DNA of 64,000 nucleotides from Ignavibacteriota bacterium (GTDB lineage Bacteria > Bacteroidota > Ignavibacteria > UBA10030 > UBA6906), in the NCBI GenBank assembly GCA_963811705.1, contig CAWESL010000015.1, forward strand, positions 24,757 through 88,756. The letters run 5' to 3'. Each line of letters opens with the position of its first letter. Position 1 is the first letter of the stretch. The position numbers were made by a program, and so were the translations under genes. Of this stretch, positions 45,947 through 54,745 are shown piece after piece. The notes beneath the pieces are model-generated. The model searched no databases, had not been told where the DNA came from, and was given only the letters and a program-made list of their open reading frames with translations.

Positions 45947-46300
45947 ATGCAGAAAACCACGCGATCAATGCGGCGGGCTGTCTTGTCCAAGCTGTTCGAG
46001 CATCTGAAGGAAAACTACGGTCTCGATTGGTCTGATGAGATCTTCGACGACAATCGGCTCTCGGTCCACCAGTTAGATGCCGTGCTCGCGTTCAAGAGTG
46101 ATTTTGTTCTGGACGAATTGTGTTCAGCGCTGAATCGACTCGAGGAGGGGACGTACGGTGTTTGTATTCGGTGCAAGCGTGCTATTGACGAAGAAGTTCT
46201 TGATGACGATCCAATTCAGAGACTCTGCCCAACATGTGCGATGAGCTTCATGCACATTGCGGCGGAGGACCTGGGGCCGCATATCCCTGCAGTGCATTGA
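45947..46300 (+). CDS. TraR/DksA-family C4 zinc-finger protein
   Basis: A GGAGAGGAGG RBS is present. 'EGTYGVCIRCKRAIDEEVLDDDPIQRLCPTC' is a CxxC-x17-CxxC finger. The ORF is 117 aa. Confidence 0.7.
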   Translation: MQKTTRSMRRAVLSKLFEHLKENYGLDWSDEIFDDNRLSVHQLDAVLAFKSDFVLDELCSALNRLEEGTYGVCIRCKRAIDEEVLDDDPIQRLCPTCAMSFMHIAAEDLGPHIPAVH

Positions 46301-46652
46301 CATGAGATGTGCCGTCTCGCCCACACACGGGCAGTTGGTTGTTTGAAGGAAGACGGGACGGCACCTGGACCGGCCGCAGGATAATATCGGGACAGGGTCC
46401 TTCCGGAATATCCACAGGACATTTACAGAAATCGAATCGCGCCTGACGATCTATACCGTCGTTATGGAGCGATTCTTTTTTTTTGCCTCGGGCGGGAATC
46501 CCCTCTGTGCACTTTTGTGCGCATTCGCATACTCTATTGGACGGTCCTCGGGGAAAGGGCTTACTTTTTCCTTTATTTTGGCGTAGATTGATGGCACGGG
46601 GATTGGGGCGGAAGAGAGCGTGGTCATTCCATTGATTGGTCAGAGGTGGACA

Positions 46653-47807
46653 ATGAGACGGCTCGGATTCCTTTTGATGTTGGCGGCATTGGTGAGCGTG
46701 CCCGCATTCGCGAACCCTCCGGACGGTGATGTTTCGTTCGGCATGTTCTATTCATCGTTGAACCCCTATGGTGATTGGCTTCATGTCAGCGGAGGTGTGT
46801 ATGCGTGGAAACCGTACAACGTCCAGGAAGGATGGAGACCGTACACGAACGGGCGTTGGGTCTGGACGGACGACGGGTGGTACTGGGCATCGGATGAGCC
46901 CTGGGGCTGGGCGGCGTTCCACTACGGCCGTTGGTATTTTGACGACAACTACGGCTGGGTCTGGATCCCGGGCTATGAATGGGCGCCCGCGTGGGTTGAG
47001 TGGCGATACGGAGAAGGGTGTGTCGGCTGGGCTCCGCTAAGCCCGTACGCGGTCTTCAGTGTCGGCTGGGGCGTGCACTACGAGGAACATTGGGCGACAC
47101 CGGCGTCGTACTGGTCCTTTGTCGATTGTCGTTATATCAACCGCCCCGGGATTCGCGACTATGTCTACCGCTCCGGTGACAATTCCCGATGGATCGGGAG
47201 GACGCGGGGGGCCGGAAGCGTGACGGTCGAGGGGACGCGAATTCTGACGCGCGGGCCGGCGCGGGATTACGTGGAGCGGACAGGGAATATCCGCATCCAG
47301 CGGACGGATCTGGTGACAAGAACAGAGATGGGGAGAGAACGCTTTATTCGGGGGCCCGAGGGGAGAGAGCGCATCGAAGTGTATCGACCGCGGATCATCA
47401 ATGGTGGCGCGCGAGGTGAAATCGCCCGACCGTCGCGTGTGCAGGAGATCAACCGGCCGTTCTCTCTCGACGTCCGGCGGACGGACATCGAGTTGCGCGA
47501 CCGCGGGAGAACACCAACCCGCGACTTCAATGGCACGGACGAGTACCGCAGAAGGCAATTCGAGTCACGCCGCTCCGACGACCAGAACGTCATGCCCCCC
47601 CCTTCGATCGGTAACCGTGATGGCTCACGTCAGGGCGGGGAGAGGCAGATCCAGCGTACGCCGGAGCGAAGGGAGCAGCCCGTCCAACGGCAGACCCGGA
47701 TTGAGCGGAGAACGGATCGACCGGATCGTCAGGTCGTGCGTCCGGAAAGCAAGTCGCAATCGCCGCGCAATGAGGGAAGCCGGGAGCGGACAGGTCGTCG
47801 TCGGTAA
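46653..47807 (+). CDS. Exported Trp-rich repeat protein (DUF6600-like) with an Arg-rich disordered tail
   Basis: The internal ATG at 46653 gives the signal peptide MRRLGFLLMLAALVSVPAFA. 'GWYWASDEPWGWAAFHYGRWYFDDNYGWVWIPGYEWAPAWVEWRYG' is present. About 200 aa of R/E/Q/P-rich tail follow. Confidence 0.7.
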   Translation: MRRLGFLLMLAALVSVPAFANPPDGDVSFGMFYSSLNPYGDWLHVSGGVYAWKPYNVQEGWRPYTNGRWVWTDDGWYWASDEPWGWAAFHYGRWYFDDNYGWVWIPGYEWAPAWVEWRYGEGCVGWAPLSPYAVFSVGWGVHYEEHWATPASYWSFVDCRYINRPGIRDYVYRSGDNSRWIGRTRGAGSVTVEGTRILTRGPARDYVERTGNIRIQRTDLVTRTEMGRERFIRGPEGRERIEVYRPRIINGGARGEIARPSRVQEINRPFSLDVRRTDIELRDRGRTPTRDFNGTDEYRRRQFESRRSDDQNVMPPPSIGNRDGSRQGGERQIQRTPERREQPVQRQTRIERRTDRPDRQVVRPESKSQSPRNEGSRERTGRRR

Positions 47808-47849
47808 CGGTTGCCTTGCCCCGACCGACAGTCAAAAGGGAGCGTCGCT

Positions 47850-48218
47850 ATGCAAGTCCGGAAGCAATTGCTCGTGATCGGCGATCGGATTCTCCTGCAG
47901 CTGGACGACGAAAGCGAGAGAACGAAGTCGGGCCTCTACCTCCCTCCCTCCGTACGGGAGAAGGAAAAAGTCGCCGCCGGAAAAGTCTTCAAAGTGGGAC
48001 CGGGGTTTGCGATTCCGAATCCGAACTACAACGATGATGAGCCATGGTCGGCTCCCAAAGACCCGATCCGGTATATTCCCCTTCAGGTCCGGGAAGGCGA
48101 TTACGCGGTGTTCCTTCGCGAACAGGCGATCGAAGTGGAATTTGAAGGGAAGAAATACTACATCGTGAATCAGGCTGCAGTGTTGATGGTGGAACGGAGC
48201 GAGCTGAGAGAGGAATGA
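47850..48218 (+). CDS. GroES/Cpn10-family protein with an insertion; no groEL adjacent
   Basis: The internal ATG at 47850 follows an AAAAGGGAG RBS. 'LLVIGDRILLQLDDESERTKSGLYLPPSVREKEKVAAGKVFKVGPG' aligns by eye to GroES. A ~20-aa extra segment 'AIPNPNYNDDEPWSAPKDPIRY' is present. The ORF is 122 aa. Confidence 0.65.
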   Translation: MQVRKQLLVIGDRILLQLDDESERTKSGLYLPPSVREKEKVAAGKVFKVGPGFAIPNPNYNDDEPWSAPKDPIRYIPLQVREGDYAVFLREQAIEVEFEGKKYYIVNQAAVLMVERSELREE

Positions 48219-48231
48219 TAAGTTCCCTCGC

Positions 48232-48259
48232 CCCCTCTCCGGAAACACGAGAGGGGGAA
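48232..48259. other. 9-bp GC-rich hairpin between convergent genes (possible terminator without a T-tract)
   Basis: CCCCCTCTC (48232-48240) pairs with GAGAGGGGG (48251-48259). No U-run follows on either strand. Confidence 0.35.
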
Positions 48260-48278
48260 CGAAGGAACGAACGGGAAC

Positions 48279-49337
48279 CTACGCGACCGTGATTTCTTTC
48301 GACAGGTAGACATCCTGGATGGCATTCAACAGCTTTGCCCCTTCCGCCATCGGACGCTGAAACGCTTTCCGTCCGCTGATCAGACCCATCCCTCCTGCGC
48401 GTTTGTTGATGACGGCAGTCTTGACCGCTTCGGCGAGATCGCTTTCACCCGAAGAAGCCCCTCCGGAATTGATCAGTCCCGCCCGGCCCATGTAGCAATT
48501 CGCGACCTGATACCGTGTAAGATCAATTGGATTGTCCGAGGTCAGATCGGTATACACCTTCTTGTGCGTTTTGCCGAAATTCAGCGCGGTGAATCCGCCG
48601 TTGTTTTCCGGAAGCTTCTGCTTAATGATATCCGCCTGAATGGTAACCCCGAGGTGGTTGGCCTGACCGGTCAGGTCGGCCGACACGTGATAATCTTTTT
48701 CCTTCGTCTTGAAAGCACTGTTCCTCGTGTAGCACCAGAGCACCGTCGCCATCCCCTTTTCGTGAGCATAGGCGAAGGCCTTTGCGACTTCCTGAATCTG
48801 CCGTTTTGATTCTGCGGACCCGAAGTAAATTGTCGCGCCGACCGCGACCGCTCCCATGTCCCACGCCTGGTCGATCGTCCCGAACATGATCTGATCGTAC
48901 GTGTTGGGATACGTGAGAAACTCGTTGTGATTGAACTTTACCAGGAACGGAATCTTGTGGGCATATTTCCGGGCAACGCTTCCGAGGACGCCGAACGTGG
49001 AAGCGACGGCATTACAGCCGCCCTCGATGGCAAGTTTCACGATGTTTTCGGGGTCAAAATACGCAGGATTCGGAGCGAACGATGCCCCGGCGGAGTGTTC
49101 GATCCCCTGGTCGACCGGTAGAATAGAGACATATCCGGTTCCAGCGAGGCGTCCGGTGTTGAAGAGGGATTGCAGGCTCCGCAGGACCATGGGACGGCGG
49201 TCAGACGGGACAAATATACGGTCGACAAAGTCGGGTCCGGGAACGTGAATGGTTTCCTTGGGGATCCCCTTGCAGTGGTGGTCAAGAAGACTGCGGGCAT
49301 CGGCACCAAGGAGGGACTCGATTTCCTTCAGTGTCAT
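48279..49337 (-). CDS. fbaB: Class I fructose-bisphosphate aldolase (FbaB/DhnA type)
   Basis: The 352-aa product aligns along its full length with E. coli FbaB as I recall it: '[39 protein letters not shown]', '[16 protein letters not shown]' and '[19 protein letters not shown]'. Confidence 0.93.
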   Translation of the reverse strand: MTLKEIESLLGADARSLLDHHCKGIPKETIHVPGPDFVDRIFVPSDRRPMVLRSLQSLFNTGRLAGTGYVSILPVDQGIEHSAGASFAPNPAYFDPENIVKLAIEGGCNAVASTFGVLGSVARKYAHKIPFLVKFNHNEFLTYPNTYDQIMFGTIDQAWDMGAVAVGATIYFGSAESKRQIQEVAKAFAYAHEKGMATVLWCYTRNSAFKTKEKDYHVSADLTGQANHLGVTIQADIIKQKLPENNGGFTALNFGKTHKKVYTDLTSDNPIDLTRYQVANCYMGRAGLINSGGASSGESDLAEAVKTAVINKRAGGMGLISGRKAFQRPMAEGAKLLNAIQDVYLSKEITVA

Positions 49338-49707
49338 CTTAGATTCTCCTGTTAAGATACGGTTCTAGGCGAGGGTGAAACTACGAATCTTTCTAATATA
49401 CAGAAAACCCAAGGAAAGGGAAAGAAATCGGGGAAGGGGAAAAGGCGTTTCGGGGGCTCACCCCTTGATTTTCTTCTTGTCGGAACCTATCTTTTTTCGT
49501 AGCCCTTGTCCACCGCTTCTTTTGCCCTTAATGGTATTCCGTTGCTGTATCAGAGTTGTTCCCCTGTTCGCGAACGCTCGCAACAACGGCGGGTGCGGGA
49601 GATTGTTGCGCTGTCGGTAGCCTATTAAGACGCAATGAGCTCGGTGCCCCGCGGGGCGCATTGCCGTACGCGTTCAGGTCAACCTCTTACAGCAAAGGAA
49701 CAATCCG
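49338..49707 (+). promoter_or_regulatory. Long structured leader/promoter region upstream of cspA (candidate cold-shock 5' UTR)
   Basis: This is a 370-nt non-coding gap. An 8-bp stem pairs CGCAACAA (49579-49586) with TTGTTGCG (49603-49610). A nested hairpin pairs GCAATG (49632-49637) with CATTGC (49659-49664) and encloses the palindrome GCCCCGCGGGGC (49646-49657). The transcription start site is unknown. Confidence 0.3.
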
Positions 49708-49908
49708 ATGGAGACAGGAGTAGTAAAGTGGTTCAACGCTACAAAAGGATTTGGCTTTATCCAGCGGTCTTCGGGTGAGGATGTGTTCGTGCATTACAAG
49801 GCGATCAACGGAGAAGGCTATCGGACACTCAACGAAGGCGATAAGGTTCAGTTCGAAGTGGAGAATGGTCCCAAAGGTCTTCAGGCGCACAACGTCAGCA
49901 AGGTCTAA
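49708..49908 (+). CDS. cspA: Cold-shock protein (CspA family)
   Basis: The 66-aa product '[30 protein letters not shown]' contains the RNP1 and RNP2 motifs. Confidence 0.95.
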   Translation: METGVVKWFNATKGFGFIQRSSGEDVFVHYKAINGEGYRTLNEGDKVQFEVENGPKGLQAHNVSKV

Positions 49909-50056
49909 GGGCTGAACTCAAGGTCCGATCCGGGCGTGATCGGGAGCTGCCTCGACCTGGACGTGAGAGGCGCAGCGACCCCTTCCGACGGCGGATTGCG
50001 TACAAGCGATGTTGCTGCGTCACCGCGTCGCAGCGAAAGAATTTGCGAGGAGATTC

Positions 50057-50108
50057 GTCCGGCGAAAAACCGGACCCCCCGGCCTGTCACGGCCGGGGTA
50101 TTTTTTTT
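50057..50108 (+). terminator. Tandem hairpins with a T8 tract, about 150 nt downstream of cspA
   Basis: GTCCGG (50057-50062) pairs with CCGGAC (50070-50075). CCCCGGCC (50077-50084) pairs with GGCCGGGG (50091-50098) and is followed by TATTTTTTTT. Confidence 0.7.
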
Positions 50109-50121
50109 CTAAGGACAGCGT

Positions 50122-50868
50122 GTGAACATCAAGATTGCACTTCTGACAGATCCCGGCCCGCTCAACGGCCGCGATCACGTGACGGCAGACATCGTGGTGC
50201 TTCCTGAACTGGTGGACGGCGGGTATGCGGCCCTCGGACGCGGGGAGGGTTCGCACAGCGAACGCGATCGGTATCTTGAAACGTTCCGTGAATCGACGGC
50301 AAAGAAGAACGCTGTGGTCGTGGCGGGATCGGTCCGGCTCAAAGGACGGGGTACCGCGTATACAAACACATCGCTTGCATTCCAGCGCGGGAAGAGCGTT
50401 CATCGTTATGACAAAATCCATCTGTTCCGTCCCACGGGAGACCACCAGTATTTCGTCCCGGGTCGCAGGGCGGAGGTCTTCCGCGTGACAATCGGCCACT
50501 CCCGGCTGCGCATCGGTGTCATCATCTGCTTCGACCTCCGCTTTCCCGAGCTTGCGCGCTCGCTCGCCTTCCGTGGTATGGATCTCCTGATCGTTCCCGC
50601 ACGCTGGCCCGCACAACGGGCCGAAGCATGGAAAACGTTGCTGCGCGCACGCGCAATTGAAAACCAGGTGTTCGTGGCGGGGTGTAACGCCTCCGGTCCG
50701 GAGGGAGGACCATCGTTTGTCTTTGGCCCGAACGGCGCTCCCGTGCCGGCAGTTGTTCGAGGAGAAAGAGCTGCCGCGAAAACGTATTCTCTCGACCTCA
50801 ACGAGATCACGAAGGCAAAACGGCTGTACAACAGCATTCAAGAAGCGCGATGGCGGAAGAGAGGATAG
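50122..50868 (+). CDS. Carbon-nitrogen hydrolase (nitrilase superfamily) protein
   Basis: The start codon is GTG. The Glu-Lys-Cys triad context 'VVLPELV', 'YDKIHLF' and 'IGVIICFDLRFPE' is present. The ORF is 248 aa. Confidence 0.85.
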   Translation: MNIKIALLTDPGPLNGRDHVTADIVVLPELVDGGYAALGRGEGSHSERDRYLETFRESTAKKNAVVVAGSVRLKGRGTAYTNTSLAFQRGKSVHRYDKIHLFRPTGDHQYFVPGRRAEVFRVTIGHSRLRIGVIICFDLRFPELARSLAFRGMDLLIVPARWPAQRAEAWKTLLRARAIENQVFVAGCNASGPEGGPSFVFGPNGAPVPAVVRGERAAAKTYSLDLNEITKAKRLYNSIQEARWRKRG

Positions 50869-50894
50869 GGGGAGATGGGGGGAAAGAAGAATTA

Positions 50895-50930
50895 AGAACT
50901 GAGAATTGAGAATTCAGAATTCTTAGTTCT
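50895..50930. repeat. AT-rich hairpin element related to 26031-26056 (probable bidirectional terminator)
   Basis: A 13-bp stem pairs AGAACTGAGAATT (50895-50907) with AATTCTTAGTTCT (50918-50930), including one G-U pair. The 10-nt loop contains GAATTC. It lies between convergent genes. Confidence 0.5.
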
Positions 50931-51032
50931 GTCAGCGTATAAGAATGAGCTCGGAGATTATCGACCTGGGAGACTTTGAGACTACGGAAATTGGAAGCGC
51001 TATCTTCCTACTGCATACTTCCTAGGTCCTAC

Positions 51033-51434
51033 TCATGCTTCTTTGTGTGTATATTCTCCTGACGCGACCGTATGAATGCCGCCGCGCACTTTGTAGTCCG
51101 CTTCAACCTTCATCCATTTCGGATTCGCGCAGCGGACGAGGTCGTCGAGGACGCGGTTCACGAGATGTTCCTGGTAGATGCCGACGTTACGATAGGAGAA
51201 GAGGTAATATTTCAATGACCGGAGCTCGATGATCGCGGGCCCCGGCGTGTAGTGAATCTTGATCGTCGCGAAATCCGGAAGTCCGGAGTACGGGCAGACG
51301 GCCGTAAATTCATCCGTGTCGATGTCGACAATAATGTCTTTCCCCGGGTACTCGTAGGGAAATGTCTCGAGCACGGAAGTGTCGACTGCAGAGAGGTCCT
51401 GGGTATCGTATCTTTTGTCAAGCGCTTCGGTCAT
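51033..51434 (-). CDS. queF: NADPH-dependent 7-cyano-7-deazaguanine reductase (type I QueF)
   Basis: 'EFTAVCPYSGLPDFATIKIHYTP' and 'ELRSLKYYLFSYRNVGIYQEH' are present. The ORF is 133 aa. Confidence 0.92.
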   Translation of the reverse strand: MTEALDKRYDTQDLSAVDTSVLETFPYEYPGKDIIVDIDTDEFTAVCPYSGLPDFATIKIHYTPGPAIIELRSLKYYLFSYRNVGIYQEHLVNRVLDDLVRCANPKWMKVEADYKVRGGIHTVASGEYTHKEA

Positions 51435-51472
51435 TCCGGTCTTTTCGTCCTGTATGCCATGAGGTTCAAATC

Positions 51473-52018
51473 ATGTCAATATACAAGCTTGCGAAGGAAA
51501 ATCAAAAGCGGCTCCTGCTGCCTTCACTTCTCGCGACGATGGTCTTGTCCTTGTTGACCGCCGGTTGCGGGCACTCATCGGGGATCACGGTCGAACCAAT
51601 CGAGAAAGGATGGATCAACCGATCCGTTCTTCAGGGACCACCGCACCAGGAGTTCCAGTTCGGGTACGACACGACGTCAGTCCAGGCGCCGATGATCACA
51701 ATGTTGCGGAACGTGGACAAGGGGATTTCGACGATCGTTTTCCTCGGGACCTGGTGTCCGGACAGCCGCCGGAACGTTCCGCATTTCCTGAAAGTTGCGG
51801 ACGAAGCTGGAATTCCCCCGGACAGCATCAGACTGTATTGTGTGGACCGGACCAAGAAATCCGATGACGGCCTGACAGCGTCCTACGATATTCAGAGAGT
51901 GCCGACGTTCATTTTTATGAAGGGAGGAAAAGAAATCGGCCGGATCGTCGAGTCGCCCGAGCTGTCGATTGAACAGGACATGGTGAGGATTTTCGTTTCG
52001 GCGGCCGCGACACCGTAG
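51473..52018 (+). CDS. Thioredoxin-fold lipoprotein with a single-Cys 'WCPDS' motif
   Basis: The internal ATG at 51473 gives a product with the lipobox 'LLTAGC'. 'VFLGTWCPDSRRNVP' and 'VPTFIFMKGGKEIGR' are present. Confidence 0.75.
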   Translation: MSIYKLAKENQKRLLLPSLLATMVLSLLTAGCGHSSGITVEPIEKGWINRSVLQGPPHQEFQFGYDTTSVQAPMITMLRNVDKGISTIVFLGTWCPDSRRNVPHFLKVADEAGIPPDSIRLYCVDRTKKSDDGLTASYDIQRVPTFIFMKGGKEIGRIVESPELSIEQDMVRIFVSAAATP

Positions 52019-52107
52019 CGCCGGTTCATTGACATTCGGTGCGAATTTGAGTACATTTTCACGATTTGTCAACTTCGTCATTCACGCGTTTCAGCTATTG
52101 AAGTCGT

Positions 52108-54603
52108 ATGCCTTCGGACGATCGGACGAGGCAAACCGACGATGCACGGCAGAAGCTGCTGCAGGAGATCAAGAGGCGGGCGGAAGAGGCCGAGCTCCGA
52201 CGCCTCGAAGAGGAAGAACGATCTCCGCTGGAGCCGTCTGCGCGTCATCGGCCGCAGCCCCCCCAACCAACAACACCGCCCATTCCGACGCCCGGAATTA
52301 TTCCTCCGGTCGCCAGGGAATCCGACGCCCGTCTTTCACGCCTCCGTGAAGAATTTTCGCGCATGATCGATCTGCGCGACCCCGTCGCCGCCGCGCACGC
52401 CCTGGAAGAGTGCCGTTCGTTGAACGTGGACACGAGCGAGATCACGGCAATGCGCATCATGCTGGATCGCCTCGAAGAAGAGCTTCAGCAGCTGGCGATG
52501 CCGGCAGCGCTCGATCCTCCCCCGACCGCTGAGCCTGAATTGCCCGCGCCCGTTGAGCCAGAACCCTCTGCGCCCGTGGAACCTGAAATTCCGGTCTCCC
52601 CCGCGATTGATGCGCGTCAGATCGCCGATCTGTTGCAACAGGCGGAGTTCAACTATCAGCACGAGCGATATGCGGAAGCGGTAGAGATTCTCGAGAACGT
52701 TCTTTCGGCGGATCCGAATAACCCGGATGCCCAGAATCTTCGCCGTGCAGTCGCGCGCGCCATCGAGCTTTCGGAGCGGATTGCAAGCGAGGATGCCCGG
52801 TCGCGAGAGTCGCTGTTGTCCGTGCCGGCACCGTCGAAGCCGGGCCAGCCCCCCGTCTCCGATGTCGAAGTGTGGGGCTCATCGGTCAAGCCTCTCGACA
52901 CGATGGGGTTCGACACCTTACCGGAGCAGGAAGGGCTCATGCCGGCTCCGAAACCCTCGATGGGATCCCGGCTCATCCCCAGGCTTGCCGGCATTGGCCG
53001 TTTCCTGAGACCTCTTGCGCTGATCGTGCTGGTGGCCGTGGCAGCCATCGGGGTCTATTTTCTCGTGCGCGCGCTCTCTTCGACAGTTGTTCCCACGCAG
53101 ACGTCTCTCCTTATTCTCCCTGCGGTCTCGACGGGAGGCGACCCGGCGTTTGCCCAGATCACCGAAGGATTTTCCGACGATGTGGTTCGCAAATTAGGCC
53201 TGGTGTCCGACCTCCGTATCGTCGCTCCCGTTTCGGCGGCGGCGGCGGGTATGTCGTCGTGGTCTCCTCCACAAGCGGCGCGCGCAGTGAAAGCGGGACT
53301 CTGCCTGGCGTGGAACATGTCCATCGACGTGTCCGTCATCCATATCCAGCAGGCCCTGTACGATTCGACATCGACGAATCCGATCTGGAGCAAAAAGGTT
53401 GACGTTCCCGTGGGTGATCTTTCGGTGCAACGTTCCGAGATCCTCGGGAGTCTCATCGCCGCCGTGAACGTCCACACGAGCGAAGAAGAACAGGTCGCAC
53501 TGCATAAGATTCCGACAACGCGAAGTGACGCGTATGACGCGTATCTCCACGGCAGGGCGATCCTGCGCCATCCGGACGCGTATCCCATTTCCGCCGCCGT
53601 GGCCGAATTCGAGCAGGCGATCGCTCTCGACTCTCTGTTCGGCGAAGCGTATGCGTCACTCGGGTGGGCGCGCGTACTCGCTCTCGAACACGGCGACACA
53701 ACGGAAGTCAATACCGACAAGGCTGTCTATTGCGTCCAGCGCGCGGTGGCGCTGGGCTTCAGAAATGCGGAGGCGTTCCGGACCTGGGGTGCGCTCGAGC
53801 GCCACGACGGACAGATCCTCAAGGCCGGCGAACGCTTCGATGAAGCAGTCCAGATTGCGCCCAGCGATGCCGAAGCGCGGCGACGGCTGGCCCAGGTGCA
53901 AATAATGCGGGGGCAGCTTGACGCGGCCATTGCATCGGCGCAGCGCGCATTGAAAGACGATCCGTTGAACGTGGACTCTTACACGCTTCTCGGTCTCCTC
54001 CAGGAATACTCCGCGATCGCCAACAATGAGAATAAGGATGATTTTACTGCTGCGCTCGCGACATTGCGTGCCGGCGAGAAGTATGCAAAGGACGGGAGCG
54101 ACTACGGCAGCACGTATCTTGCCCCGCTCTGGTGGTATCTCCAAAATCCGGACGATGCGATTGCCATCCTTTCGGACAATCTGGCTCGGACCCGCGAGAG
54201 CTATGACGGGTTATACCTGCTCGGTCGCGTGCAGCAGGCCGCGGGCCGGCCAAAACAGGAGTGGCAGAATATCCTTTCGCGCTCGAAAGCGACGCTCCAG
54301 GATCACCTCAAGGGATCACCGTCGAACCCGGTTCTTCTTTCGTGGCTCAGTCTCGTTGATACGCGGCTGGGTGAATTCAAGGAGGCGGTTGCCGCATCAA
54401 AGCGGGCGCTCGAACAGGGTTCACAGAACCCCGTTGTTCTCTACAACACCGCCCGGATGTACGCGCTCCAACGTAATGGGAAGTCCGCAACGGAGTATCT
54501 CCGGAGAGCGGCCGACCGTGACTACGATCTCGTTGCGTTGCTGGATATGGATCTTTTCAATCTCCACGGCGAGCCCGAGTATCTGAAATCCGCCATCCGC
54601 TAA
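52108..54603 (+). CDS. Large membrane-anchored TPR protein with a charged/Pro-rich cytoplasmic N-terminus
   Basis: The ORF is 831 aa. An E/R-rich helix and PxP tracts come first. A single TM follows ('LRPLALIVLVAVAAIGVYFLV'). Beyond it lie a ~150-aa TolB-N-like module and multiple TPRs ('AYASLGWARVL', 'YTLLGLLQEY', 'LYNTARMYALQRNGKSA'). Confidence 0.75.
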   Translation: MPSDDRTRQTDDARQKLLQEIKRRAEEAELRRLEEEERSPLEPSARHRPQPPQPTTPPIPTPGIIPPVARESDARLSRLREEFSRMIDLRDPVAAAHALEECRSLNVDTSEITAMRIMLDRLEEELQQLAMPAALDPPPTAEPELPAPVEPEPSAPVEPEIPVSPAIDARQIADLLQQAEFNYQHERYAEAVEILENVLSADPNNPDAQNLRRAVARAIELSERIASEDARSRESLLSVPAPSKPGQPPVSDVEVWGSSVKPLDTMGFDTLPEQEGLMPAPKPSMGSRLIPRLAGIGRFLRPLALIVLVAVAAIGVYFLVRALSSTVVPTQTSLLILPAVSTGGDPAFAQITEGFSDDVVRKLGLVSDLRIVAPVSAAAAGMSSWSPPQAARAVKAGLCLAWNMSIDVSVIHIQQALYDSTSTNPIWSKKVDVPVGDLSVQRSEILGSLIAAVNVHTSEEEQVALHKIPTTRSDAYDAYLHGRAILRHPDAYPISAAVAEFEQAIALDSLFGEAYASLGWARVLALEHGDTTEVNTDKAVYCVQRAVALGFRNAEAFRTWGALERHDGQILKAGERFDEAVQIAPSDAEARRRLAQVQIMRGQLDAAIASAQRALKDDPLNVDSYTLLGLLQEYSAIANNENKDDFTAALATLRAGEKYAKDGSDYGSTYLAPLWWYLQNPDDAIAILSDNLARTRESYDGLYLLGRVQQAAGRPKQEWQNILSRSKATLQDHLKGSPSNPVLLSWLSLVDTRLGEFKEAVAASKRALEQGSQNPVVLYNTARMYALQRNGKSATEYLRRAADRDYDLVALLDMDLFNLHGEPEYLKSAIR

Positions 54604-54745
54604 TCCTTCCCCCCGGCAGCGGGGCCGGCGTCGCCTCCATGACCCGTTTCGTTGACAAAGAACACATCAATGGATATATTCCGATGGTGAAGAACACCCG
54701 CGGTTCGATTCGTGCACGCAACGACGAAAGGTAGAGGATTCGGGC

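Noticed and set aside
49905-50090. 61-aa minus-strand ORF in the cspA 3' region.
   Set aside because: It has no RBS, an R/S/P-rich product, and it overlaps predicted hairpins. It is more likely non-coding RNA structure than a gene.
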